Shown here piece by piece: positions 18,657 through 28,137 of a stretch of DNA of 64,000 nucleotides; the stretch's first letter is position 1, and the number at the start of each line of letters is the position of its first letter. This DNA is from Minisyncoccota bacterium. Its GTDB lineage: Bacteria; Patescibacteriota; Minisyncoccia; Phycocordibacterales; UBA2100. A program made the translations under genes and the position numbers. The DNA lies in contig DATMBM010000010.1 in assembly GCA_035559235.1 (NCBI GenBank), forward strand, positions 20,257 to 84,256, given 5' to 3'. Under the pieces are notes generated by a model. The model did not search any database and was not told the DNA's origin. It saw nothing but the letters and a program-made list of their open reading frames with translations.

Positions 18657-18718
18657 GACCTTTAGTAAAAGAATACCTGAAAATACATGGTTTTGCAATG
18701 AACTGTGGATAGCAAAAT

Positions 18719-21700
18719 ATGACCAATAAACTCAACGAAAATTCGCTTGCAGAACAACCGGTCATTGAATGGCTTAAGGAGCTTGGCTATGACTACGAGT
18801 TCGGGCCTGATTTGGCGCCCGGGCAGATAACTGCAGAGAGGCAGAACTTCCGCGATGTTTTGCTTATGCCGCGGCTTAAGCGCTCTCTTGCCCGTCTTAA
18901 TCCAGCAACTCAGGGCCTTGAGGATGAGGCGATAGGCAGACTGCTCGCTATTGAACACCCCAACCTTGAGGAAGAAAACCGACTTATATACCAAATGCTC
19001 ACAGAAGGCACATATGTCGAGGGAAATGGTGCAACCGAAGGCGAAGTGTTGCCTGTTAAGTTTTTTGATTTTGAGAATCCTCAAAACAACGAATTTCTCG
19101 TCGTCAATCAGCTTGCCGTACAGGGAACGGACTCGGTGCGCCGCCCTGATGTGGTGGTGTATGTCAACGGCATTCCTCTTGCCGTTATTGAACTCAAGAG
19201 TCCGACGAGTGAGTCCGGCACGATACGCTTGGCATACTTACAGCTTGAGGCATACAAGAAAGAAATCCCCACGCTCTTTAAGTACAACCAGCTTCTCGTG
19301 GTCGGCGACTTAGTGCGGGCGCGGTACGGCACTGTGTCGAGCGCGTGGGATCGTTTTGCAATCTGGAAAGGCATTGAGAGTGAGAACGATGACCTCAAGG
19401 GAATGTCGGAGCTTGAAGTTTTGGTGCGCGGCATTTTCAAAAAAGAGCGACTCCTTGACCTCGTGAGGTACTTCACCATCCACGAGGCAGACAGCGACGG
19501 CGAATCGCCGAAGTATACGAAGAAAGTCGCGCAGTATCACCAGTACTACGGCGTGAATAAAGCAGTAGCCGCAACACTCAAGGCCCTGAAACCTAAAGGT
19601 GATGGAAAAGTAGGTGTCTTTTGGCACACACAAGGGTCCGGCAAGTCGCTCTCAATGGTGTTCTATGTAAACAAGACAAAGGTCTTACGCGAACTAAAGA
19701 GCCCGACTTTTGTTTTTCTGACTGATCGCAATGATCTGGACGGTCAGTTGCACAAGACATTTTTGAGAGCCGGATACCCGCACGCATGGCAGGCACCGGG
19801 CGTAGAAGCGCTCCGCGAACGGCTCGCAACACCAAGCGGTGTCGTGTTTACAACCATACAGAAATTTGAAGACGAAGAAGACAAGCTCAAGGAAGGTCTT
19901 TCGCAAGCCGAGAACATAATCGTGATTGCCGATGAAGCGCATCGTTCCCAATACGCGAAACTCGCAGGTAATGTACGTCAGGCACTTCCAAACGCTTCTT
20001 TCATGGGTATTACCGGCACGCCTATCAGTACCGAATCGCGTGACACCAGCCTGGTTTTCGGTGACTACATTAGCACGTACAAAATAAATCAGGCGGTCGA
20101 AGACGGCGCTACTGTTTCAATTTTCTATGAGGGACGCTTGGTACCTCTCCACCTCACGAATGAGTTTATCGATGAAGAGTTTGATGAACTTGCCGAAGAG
20201 CATGCGATACCGGAAAGCGAGGTGTACAAGCGGAAGTTTGCGCGGCTTGCCGAGCTTGTAGGCAACCCTGACCGAGTGCGTCAGATAGCACAAGACATCG
20301 TCAATCACTTCAATAATCGTGGCCTTGAGGGCAAAGCAATGGTGGTAACCATGAAGCGCGAGATAGCGGTTGCCATGTATGAGGCCATTAAGGGAATACC
20401 TGGTGCGCCGGAAACGGCAGTTGTTATTTCAAACGCCGAAAAGTTTGCATCACGCTTGCAATCGGAACTTCGACCGAAAGAGCTTGAGAAACGATTCAAA
20501 AATATTACTGACCCGCTCAAGATAGTCATCGTATGTGATATGTGGCTTACGGGTTTTGATGTGCCACATCTCCACACGATGTACATAGACAAGCCGCTTA
20601 AGAATCACACACTCATGCAGGCAATCGCTCGCGTGAACCGCATCTTCCGAGATAAACCAGCAGGACTAGTGGTGGACTACATCGGTATCGCGGACAATCT
20701 GAAGAAGGCCCTTTCGATATATAGCGCAGAGGACAGAAAGAACACGATGTTCCCAATTGATGACATCGTGGCGAAAATGAAAGAGAAGTATGACGTTGTC
20801 TCGTCTATGCTTTCCGATGTTACTTATGCCGGGTACCGAAAGCTTTCGGCTGGAGAAGCGGCGCAGGTTTTCTATACGGCAATCAACTCCATACTGACCG
20901 ATCCTAAATCAGGCGGGCTTGATGAGGATAAGAAACTCCAGTTTCTGAAAGAGGCGGAGATTTTGTCAAAACTCTTCGGCTTTGCCATGCCACATCCAGA
21001 GGCGAACAAAATTCGTGATGATGTCGAGTTTTTCCGAGCCCTTAAGCGAGCAATAAATAAACTCTCAGAATCTGCAGACATCCTGCCGACGTTTGATGCC
21101 GCGAAGGTGGAATCGGCTATTCGTGATCTTGTTTCGGAAAGTGTAGCGGCAGAAGGTGTAATAGATATCTTGAAAGCTAAAGACGGAAAGAAGCCAGACT
21201 TATCTATTTTTGATGAGAAGTTTCTTGAGGAAGTTAAGAATCTCAAGTATAAAAATCTAGCCGTTGAGGTTCTGAAGAAACTGCTCAGCGATCAGTTACG
21301 TGTACGAATGAAGAAAAATGTAACTCGTTATGAGACATTGATGCGCCTTTTGGAGCAGATAATTGAAGAGTATGAGAACAACATCATCAACTCCGGCAAG
21401 GTCATCGAGCGCCTTGTTGAGCTCGCACGAGAGATAAAGAAAACAGAACTCGCAATGCGCGAGACTGGCCTTACCGAAGAAGAGGCCGCATTTTACGACC
21501 TCGTTTCGAAGGGTAAGCACGCGATAGCACGGAACGGAGAATTGAAAACTTTCATCAAGGAACTGGTTGCTTTGATAAAGCGTGATTTGTCGGTTGACTG
21601 GTCGAACAGCGAGGTGATCAAGTCTCGCATACGAGCAAACGTACGCCTCATGCTTCTTAAGAAGCAGGTACCCGCGGAAGAGGCAGAGGTACTCGTTGAA

Positions 21701-21757
21701 TCAATATACGATCAAGTGCTCGCGCTCTTCAGAGATTTTGTGCCAGTTGGTCGATAG
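18719..21757 (+). CDS. hsdR: Type I RM restriction subunit
   Basis: RPD...IELK nuclease motif, WHTQGSGKS, DEAH, TGTP, TGFD, QAIARVNR. Confidence 0.95.
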   Translation: MTNKLNENSLAEQPVIEWLKELGYDYEFGPDLAPGQITAERQNFRDVLLMPRLKRSLARLNPATQGLEDEAIGRLLAIEHPNLEEENRLIYQMLTEGTYVEGNGATEGEVLPVKFFDFENPQNNEFLVVNQLAVQGTDSVRRPDVVVYVNGIPLAVIELKSPTSESGTIRLAYLQLEAYKKEIPTLFKYNQLLVVGDLVRARYGTVSSAWDRFAIWKGIESENDDLKGMSELEVLVRGIFKKERLLDLVRYFTIHEADSDGESPKYTKKVAQYHQYYGVNKAVAATLKALKPKGDGKVGVFWHTQGSGKSLSMVFYVNKTKVLRELKSPTFVFLTDRNDLDGQLHKTFLRAGYPHAWQAPGVEALRERLATPSGVVFTTIQKFEDEEDKLKEGLSQAENIIVIADEAHRSQYAKLAGNVRQALPNASFMGITGTPISTESRDTSLVFGDYISTYKINQAVEDGATVSIFYEGRLVPLHLTNEFIDEEFDELAEEHAIPESEVYKRKFARLAELVGNPDRVRQIAQDIVNHFNNRGLEGKAMVVTMKREIAVAMYEAIKGIPGAPETAVVISNAEKFASRLQSELRPKELEKRFKNITDPLKIVIVCDMWLTGFDVPHLHTMYIDKPLKNHTLMQAIARVNRIFRDKPAGLVVDYIGIADNLKKALSIYSAEDRKNTMFPIDDIVAKMKEKYDVVSSMLSDVTYAGYRKLSAGEAAQVFYTAINSILTDPKSGGLDEDKKLQFLKEAEILSKLFGFAMPHPEANKIRDDVEFFRALKRAINKLSESADILPTFDAAKVESAIRDLVSESVAAEGVIDILKAKDGKKPDLSIFDEKFLEEVKNLKYKNLAVEVLKKLLSDQLRVRMKKNVTRYETLMRLLEQIIEEYENNIINSGKVIERLVELAREIKKTELAMRETGLTEEEAAFYDLVSKGKHAIARNGELKTFIKELVALIKRDLSVDWSNSEVIKSRIRANVRLMLLKKQVPAEEAEVLVESIYDQVLALFRDFVPVGR

Positions 21758-21762
21758 TTTTT

Positions 21763-22290
21763 ATGATCAAGCGGATTAAGGAGTATGTAAATAGTTTGAA
21801 TCAGAGGCAGGTCGTCGCTCTTGTTGTTGTTTTCTGCATTGCCGCAATCGTATTTGTGGGGATGACCTTTTTCAAGGATGCATTCCAACAAATTGGTCTC
21901 ACGATCTTGCTCGTTGAACTCGCTATTTTAGTAACTGTGGCATGGGCATTGGCGGGGCACGCGGTAATGAAGTCTCTGTTTGTTGTTGGCGCGAGCTTGA
22001 CCCTCATAATCTTTCTTGCCCAAGCGTATTGTGAGGTGCCAAACCTTACTCAGTCCGGAAATGATGCTCTTAAAACACTCATTGCTTTCGGCCTGCTGTA
22101 TATTGGCTTTAACTTTTTCAGAGCACTTTACAAAGAGGTTACTGAGCGCACAAAAACTCTGAAAGAAATCAGCAAGGGAGAAAGTCCGTGGGTTTTCCTT
22201 ATCCCGTTCGCACTTTTCGTTGGCATATTTCTTTGGCAAGTATCACAGGTCGTATATCCAATCATTCAAAATCTTTGTATCTACCAATGA
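21763..22290 (+). CDS. Hypothetical multi-TM membrane protein
   Basis: About 5 hydrophobic helices; starts 5 nt after hsdR. Confidence 0.7.
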   Translation: MIKRIKEYVNSLNQRQVVALVVVFCIAAIVFVGMTFFKDAFQQIGLTILLVELAILVTVAWALAGHAVMKSLFVVGASLTLIIFLAQAYCEVPNLTQSGNDALKTLIAFGLLYIGFNFFRALYKEVTERTKTLKEISKGESPWVFLIPFALFVGIFLWQVSQVVYPIIQNLCIYQ

Positions 22291-22530
22291 TCAGCCACGT
22301 TAATGGCGTCAACGGTGCCAACCACACCAATGACCGTGAAGTTGAAAGTAGCGTCGCTTTTGTCGCTTTTTGAATCATTCCGAGGAGTATTGAAAAGTCT
22401 CACATCAGAAAGCCAGAAAACCCTTGCGGGGCTTGCTGGTAAAATTTACGAGACCGAGGAGGCCAATACGAACGAAGTGAGTGTTGGCGCAAGGCGCGTC
22501 GAAGAAGAATGCAGTCTGGCAACAAAAACT

Positions 22531-22555
22531 GAAGGCGCGGCATGGCCGCGCCTTC
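22531..22555. terminator. GC-rich terminator-like hairpin
   Basis: GAAGGCGCGGC-ATG-GCCGCGCCTTC. Confidence 0.55.
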
Positions 22556-23066
22556 GACGCATTTACAAACGGAAACTCAGTTGCACGGCTGCGCGAGCAC
22601 GCGGAACCTTCGGCGGCGGGAGCCGCAACGCCGCGCGATGCTGGAGGATCGCACCGTATGCAGCGCGTCGCGCTCGTCGATACAGTGCGGGCGGAATTGC
22701 AACCGATTCCCCGGGTCGCGAATTGATTCGCCGCACTCCGGAGCGTGCAAGATTGCGAATCGACGTTTTGTCGGTTGGCAGGTAGAACGAAACATAGAAC
22801 CCGCCATACACCACAAGCGCCTCCGTCGCGCTGGATTGCCTGACGCTCGGTATCATGTTGCCCCCTGTTGGGCTGAACGCATGCACCAAACGCATTACTC
22901 TCCGAATTATATCACGTATTTACTAAAAAAGCAAGCGAGTGGGATTGTCGAGGATGCGGCCGTAGGACTTCGAGAGAACATCGCGCAGCAGATAGTTGCG
23001 TGTTCACGAGCAAGGTGTTCGGTGCGAAGTGCTACGGCCGCATCCTGCTATACTTTCCGAGTGGCG

Positions 23067-24608
23067 ATGTTCCGTGAACACATCGCGGTGGGCGCGATAC
23101 TCTCGATGGCTGTCGTCGTAGCCGTCTATTTTTACGCGCTCCTCACCGATCCGCTCCTTCTCATGATTCTCTTCGTCGTCACCGTCATTGGATCGTTCCT
23201 ACCGGATGTCGATAGCGACTCCGGCATGCCGTTTTATCTGATTTTTGGTACCGCGACGCTTGCCGCGACCGGTGTCGTGCTTTTGTATACGCTTGCGTCC
23301 GAATATGCCGGCGACTGGCGAGTACTCGTCGGCATCCCAGCTGCGGCTATGTTCTTTTTCTGGTTCGTCGTCGGGGGAATCATAAAGCGGTGCACGCATC
23401 ATCGCGGGATTTTCCACTCCATCCCCGCGCTCGCGATCGCGGGGGTGGCGACGTTTCTCGTTGCGCGGTATTACGGCCTTGATGAGACAATCGCCTGGAT
23501 TTTCGGCGGCGCGATGGCGGCAGGGTTCCTGAGCCATCTTGTTTTGGACGATCTTTATTCCGGCATAACACTCGATGGCCTTCCATTTATATCGACGGGA
23601 ACCACCGGCTCCGCGCTCAAATTCTTTTCTGACTCCGGACGCGTCAACATCGCGACGTACGTCGTGCTTGCAGCGCTCGTGTACACGGCGCTGCAACCGC
23701 CAATGATTGCCGAGGCGTATTACAACGACTCCGACGTTATCGAGATAGGCGATGCGCCTCCACCGCCTCCTGAAGAAGATCCTGAGACACCGGGGGGCGG
23801 AACAGAAGGAGGGGAGACTGAAAACGGAAACGGAAACAATCCGGAAGACTCAGGGGGCGCGCCGGGAGAGAGCGGCAGTTCAAATGATTCAGGCGGGGGA
23901 AGCGGTGATGGCGGCAGCACGGTTTCCGGTGGTGGTTCTGGCGGGGGAGGCGGCGGATCCGGCAGTGGCGCCGCTGGCACCAACAGTGCTGCAACCGAAG
24001 AAACCGTGCTTGAGTCCCTCATCCAAAGCGGCGCAATCGAGGGATTGAGTAGCTTCCAAACTTCTACATCAGGCGGCCCGGGCGGATCTGGCAGTGGGGC
24101 GAGCGGGCGGCTTGTCGTCGTAGGAGAGCGGGTGCGGGAAGCACTGCGTACGCGAACCGATCTCCAGGATTTACTGACAAATTGGCGAAACGTCCGACAG
24201 ACGCGCACGTCCGCCCGCGACGTCGGGCTTATGGCGGCCTCGACCGCGCTGAGCGACGCGAACATCCAGGAAATCGCGTTTACGGCAGACGCGTTCGAGA
24301 TTACGTATCGCTCGCGCGGGTACCTCCTTGCAGTCATCCCGTGGACGTTTCCCGTACGAATTCAGGTTGTGCCGCAAGCGGCGGAGGGAAGCCGCGTCAC
24401 CGTGCGCCTGCCGTGGTATCGCTTTTTTGTGCGCGAATTCTTTACGCCGCAGAAGCTTGCGTCCGACATCGAGAGCGCGATGGTCGCCGCACTCACGGAT
24501 GCGGATGCGCTCGACGATGAGCGAACGCTGCTCCTCACTGCCGTTGCGCAACTGGTGCGCGAGAGGGTCGGGACGGTAGGGGATTCGATACTTCTCGGTT
24601 CGTCTTGA
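23067..24608 (+). CDS. YdjM-like membrane metal-dependent hydrolase fused through a Gly/Ser/Glu-rich linker to an unknown domain
   Basis: FREH, LPDVDS, HHRGIFHS, SHLVLDD; start reassigned to ATG 23067, downstream of TATACT. Confidence 0.75.
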   Translation: MFREHIAVGAILSMAVVVAVYFYALLTDPLLLMILFVVTVIGSFLPDVDSDSGMPFYLIFGTATLAATGVVLLYTLASEYAGDWRVLVGIPAAAMFFFWFVVGGIIKRCTHHRGIFHSIPALAIAGVATFLVARYYGLDETIAWIFGGAMAAGFLSHLVLDDLYSGITLDGLPFISTGTTGSALKFFSDSGRVNIATYVVLAALVYTALQPPMIAEAYYNDSDVIEIGDAPPPPPEEDPETPGGGTEGGETENGNGNNPEDSGGAPGESGSSNDSGGGSGDGGSTVSGGGSGGGGGGSGSGAAGTNSAATEETVLESLIQSGAIEGLSSFQTSTSGGPGGSGSGASGRLVVVGERVREALRTRTDLQDLLTNWRNVRQTRTSARDVGLMAASTALSDANIQEIAFTADAFEITYRSRGYLLAVIPWTFPVRIQVVPQAAEGSRVTVRLPWYRFFVREFFTPQKLASDIESAMVAALTDADALDDERTLLLTAVAQLVRERVGTVGDSILLGSS

Positions 24609-24613
24609 TCAGG

Positions 24614-24787
24614 TTAGGCTGCGCGGACCATCCGCAGAACCCACAGCGCGACAATCGCGCCGATGGTTGCCACGAGGAGGCTATAGATGTTGAAGCCCGT
24701 GACACCGACGGAGCCGAAGGCGTTGAAAATCAAGCCGCCCACAAGCGCGCCGACGATGCCGACCACGAGAAATGCGATTATATCCAT
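24614..24787 (-). CDS. GlsB/YeaQ/YmgE transglycosylase-associated membrane protein, short
   Basis: VVGIVGALVGG...GVTGFNIYSLLVATIGAIV. Confidence 0.75.
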   Translation of the reverse strand: MDIIAFLVVGIVGALVGGLIFNAFGSVGVTGFNIYSLLVATIGAIVALWVLRMVRAA

Positions 24788-24974
24788 AACGTAATGATTT
24801 GTAGTAATGCCGGAGCCCGCTGACCGACAGGCTCTCATACAGCGCATCCGAACGGAGGAAGATGCAGCGGCGATGAAGTATCTTCTCGATTGCGTTCATG
24901 AAATATCAATCTGCCGCGTGCTTAACTTGCCGACGTGAGAATCGCTCAAATCGCACCGATCGTCGAACGCATGC

Positions 24975-25296
24975 CTGCGTGAGGACGCTCTCGATGCGAT
25001 CGCGACGCTATGATCCGCATTCATACCACAACGGCTCGATCTGGCCGCACGACACGGCGATCATTACGGCGGGGCTTGAAAACTTCGGCTTCCGCGAGGA
25101 AGCAAAGCGGGTACGGCGCAGCCTCGTTTTCGCCTACACGTATTTCCGCTCTCCGATCGAGTTATTTGTGTACACCCGTGGGCGATTTCGCGAGTACTGC
25201 GGCACAAACGGTCAAGGCGCATGCCGCACGCAGGCATGGAGTGCGGCGTCGCTCTTAACCATCGCGTTGCGGGAAGAGATGCACGAGAGCGAGTGA
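24975..25296 (+). pseudogene. C-terminal fragment of an amylo-alpha-1,6-glucosidase (glycogen debranching family)
   Basis: RTLS...YHNGSIWPHD...QAWSAA; the several hundred upstream residues are absent. Confidence 0.75.
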
Positions 25297-26022
25297 CTAT
25301 CGCGGATTCGCGTAGAGTGCCGTCGCGTAGATTGTGTCGCCTTGGGAGACAACGCCGACGCCGCTTTCGATATACGGCGCTTTGAGCATGTTTTCGCGAT
25401 GTCCCGGGCTCGACATCCATCCGTTTACGATCATGATCGCTGCCTCCTCGGCGGTGAGATCCCATCCGGACATCATGTAAATGTTTTCTCCGATCATCTG
25501 CCACTTGTAGCCGGCATTTGTCGCGCGGCACGATGAGCTGCAGCCTTCAGGATTGTCGTGGCTGAAAAAGTCGCGCTTGAGCATGTCGGCGCTGTGAGAC
25601 TCGGCGATGGCCGCAAGGGACGCGTTATGCGAAAGGGCACCGAGGCCAGCCTTCGCACGCTCGATGTTGGTAAGGCGAAGTACTTCCGCTTCTATCTGTG
25701 CAGAGTAGTTGGAAGGGGGTTGCTGTGACGCGGATGCGGGATCCACTTGAGATGCCGGGGAAGGAGCGGGCTGCGCCGCCGGCACATGTGCCGGCGGCGC
25801 GGGTTCGACGTCTTCTTCCGGCAACTCGGCGACGACACGGTCGTCCGCGTTTGTACGCGGCGCGGCGCTTTGGGGAGTATTTGTACTTGCCAGCTCTCTG
25901 CTATCGGCTCCGCTTTCGACTTTCCACTCTGACGGGCTCGAGAACAAGCTGCGGTCGAGGGAAAAGCCGCTCGCCAAGACGACGAAGACCGTCAAGAAGA
26001 GAAGTGGAATAATTGTTTTCAT
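25297..26022 (-). CDS. CAP/SCP domain secreted protein
   Basis: TNIERAKAG, HSADM..DFFSH, GENI, WMSSPGHRENML. Confidence 0.9.
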   Translation of the reverse strand: MKTIIPLLFLTVFVVLASGFSLDRSLFSSPSEWKVESGADSRELASTNTPQSAAPRTNADDRVVAELPEEDVEPAPPAHVPAAQPAPSPASQVDPASASQQPPSNYSAQIEAEVLRLTNIERAKAGLGALSHNASLAAIAESHSADMLKRDFFSHDNPEGCSSSCRATNAGYKWQMIGENIYMMSGWDLTAEEAAIMIVNGWMSSPGHRENMLKAPYIESGVGVVSQGDTIYATALYANPR

Positions 26023-26165
26023 AGTTCATATGCTGTGTGTGGTTCAATCGAGTAACGGCTGACCACATACAGTGTCTCATGTTCTGCGGCAAAGGGAAGT
26101 TGCATTTTGGTGAAGACTATTCTCGGATGGTGATTTCATGAACACGGCATTCGTGGGCCGCGCAC

Positions 26166-26191
26166 CAACGGCCCGCAGATGCGGGCCGTTG
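26166..26191 (-). terminator. Hairpin downstream of the cupredoxin gene
   Basis: CAACGGCCCGC-AGAT-GCGGGCCGTTG. Confidence 0.55.
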
Positions 26192-26209
26192 TATTCGCAA
26201 AGCAGGAAG

Positions 26210-26716
26210 CTATTGCGTGACGGTAAGTGTCCCGACCATGCCCATCTGGCGATGCTGGCCGACGGAGCAGAAGTATTCGAACGTACCGGCGCGATCGGCG
26301 ACGAACTCAAATGTTTCCGACTGCCCGGTCTGGATGACGTTGGTGCCGACGTTGTAGCCGTCGATGCGTAGGTCGTGCGTACCGCTCACGTTGCGAAAGG
26401 TGATTCGAACGGTGTCGCCTCGTTTCACGCTCATGGTTGCGGGCGAGAACGAGAAATTCTGCCCTGAGACGGTAAATTCCTTGACGGTGCCCGCATCATC
26501 GGTCATCGCGTCGTCCATGGCATCATCATCCATAGTGCCGTCTTCCATCATGGCGCCATCGGGCATGTTGGAATCCATCGAAGGACCCGTCGTATCGGTG
26601 CCAAACGGATCCATCATGTGATCTTCCATTGCCGGTGTTGCCATATTCTGCGTATACCAGTAGTATCCGCCGCCCGCGATTAGTATGAGAACGATAAATA
26701 CAAGTGCTGTACGCAT
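26210..26716 (-). CDS. Membrane-anchored cupredoxin (type 1 copper) with a Met/Asp-rich linker
   Basis: H...YFCSVGQHRQMGM copper ligands; N-terminal TM. Confidence 0.85.
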   Translation of the reverse strand: MRTALVFIVLILIAGGGYYWYTQNMATPAMEDHMMDPFGTDTTGPSMDSNMPDGAMMEDGTMDDDAMDDAMTDDAGTVKEFTVSGQNFSFSPATMSVKRGDTVRITFRNVSGTHDLRIDGYNVGTNVIQTGQSETFEFVADRAGTFEYFCSVGQHRQMGMVGTLTVTQ

Positions 26717-26870
26717 ACAATTACGTTTATTGGATAACGGTCCGCGAAGGCGGACCACTGCATGGTACAGCATAGACTCTTTTTCATGAAGGTTGTGTGA
26801 TTGTAGAATGTGTATCGTGTACACACGGCAATTCATGCGTTCTTTATACGCGTATGTCTAGCCTTGAACG

Positions 26871-27689
26871 ATGGCACGAGATGTCGCTCGCGAAATAGAG
26901 ATGAATACCGGTGAGAAAATGCCGGTCATCGGCTTTGGCACCTGGAACCTTGCCGGAAGGGCCGAGCAGCCGGTCTTGTGGGCGCTTGAGGCGGGGTATC
27001 GGCACATCGACACCGCGAAGATTTACGATACCGAGACGGATATCGGCCGAGCCGTCAAAAAATCAGGCGTTCCGCGCGAAGAGATTTTCATCACGACAAA
27101 GTTGTGGGACGACGACCAGGGCTACGAGCGCGCGATCCGCGCGATCGACGCCTCACTGGATCGACTCGGCATGGACTACGTGGACTTGTACCTGATCCAT
27201 TGGCCCAATACGGACGAGCCTGGAGGGAAGGATGTCCGCGCCGAGACATGGCGCGCGATGGAACACATTTTCCGCGCGGGCAAGGCCAGGACGATCGGCG
27301 TCTCGAACTACGAGCGTTCACACCTTGCCGAAATGGAGCTGTACGCGGAGATGCCGCCGGCGGTCAACCAAGTTGAGATGCACCCCTTCAAGGTCCCGAA
27401 CGACACGGTCGAGTACTGCCACGAACATGGCATCATCGTCGTCAACTACAGCCCGCTCACGCGAACACAGTACTTCGGCGACGAGACGCTAAACGCAATC
27501 GAAAAGAAGCATGGAAAGACCGTCCCGCAGGTCCTTCTGCGATGGGGTGTATAGCAGGGCCATGCCGTCATACCTAAGTCGGGGAAGAAGGCGCACATCG
27601 AGGAAAATATCGCGATTTTCGATTTTGAACTGGATGACGAAGATATGGAAAGGCTCGCAACGCTCGACGAGGACCGATCGGTGACCTAG
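26871..27689 (+). pseudogene. Aldo/keto reductase interrupted by an in-frame TAG at 27552-27554
   Basis: GYRHIDTA.IY, DLYLIHWP; the same frame continues QGHAVIPKS...IEENIAIFDFEL to TAG 27689. Confidence 0.8.
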
Positions 27690-27762
27690 GCAGCTGAGCT
27701 TGCACGTTGCGCGGGGGTTGGTACTGTGAGCTGAGAACACCATACATCACGAGGAGGTGATC

Positions 27763-28032
27763 ATGGGCAAGGTTCGGAAGGCGCGAGGTACGACGTTCGT
27801 CGTATCCAAGGAAGCGTTAGCGAAACTCGGATGCGGCAAAGTGGCTTACGTAAAGGAAATGACCGCTGAGCAACTGCGGGAGATGTATCCGAACATCGGC
27901 GGGGTTCCGGTTCGTGGCGTCTTGTACGTCCTTCAGTCGGCCGACGGATATCCGATTGTGGTATCCGATGAGCGGCGGAGGTCGATCAACCACGCCCTCA
28001 GGGACGACCTTGAGCTCGCATCGCTCCATTGA
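27763..28032 (+). CDS. DUF1150-like protein
   Basis: LAKLG.GKVAYVK...LY.L.SADG.PI...ASLH; purine-rich GAGGAGG upstream. Confidence 0.65.
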   Translation: MGKVRKARGTTFVVSKEALAKLGCGKVAYVKEMTAEQLREMYPNIGGVPVRGVLYVLQSADGYPIVVSDERRRSINHALRDDLELASLH

Positions 28033-28054
28033 TCCTCCGCGTGGCGCTACAAGT

Positions 28055-28081
28055 GAAGCGCCGAACACTGTTCGGCGCTTC
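28055..28081. terminator. Hairpin after the DUF1150-like gene
   Basis: GAAGCGCCGAAC-ACT-GTTCGGCGCTTC. Confidence 0.55.
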
Positions 28082-28137
28082 GAATTACGAAACATGTCTG
28101 AAGCGTTGGCTAGCGCGTCGCGTGATATACTTCCCGT

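Larger units (their letters stand above)
12584..22523. mobile_element. Putative defence island inserted at the tRNA-Gln 3' end; no integrase seen
   Basis: More AT-rich by eye; RM and nuclease genes; degenerate tRNA 3'-end copy AGTCTGGCAAC at 22513-22523. Confidence 0.5.

Noticed and set aside
22563-22895. 110-aa minus-strand ORF at the island edge
   Set aside because: Possible, but it has no recognisable motif and competes with overlapping ORFs, so it is not called
22542-23066. 175-aa N-terminal extension of the 688-aa ORF
   Set aside because: Not protein-like, spans hairpins, and family similarity starts at ATG 23067 after a TATACT box
23750-24110. Gly/Ser-rich repeats as a tandem DNA repeat
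   Set aside because: The codons vary; this is protein-level low complexity only
27552-27554. Genome-wide stop-codon reassignment
   Set aside because: TAG and TGA end many intact genes at the expected positions, so this is an isolated lesion
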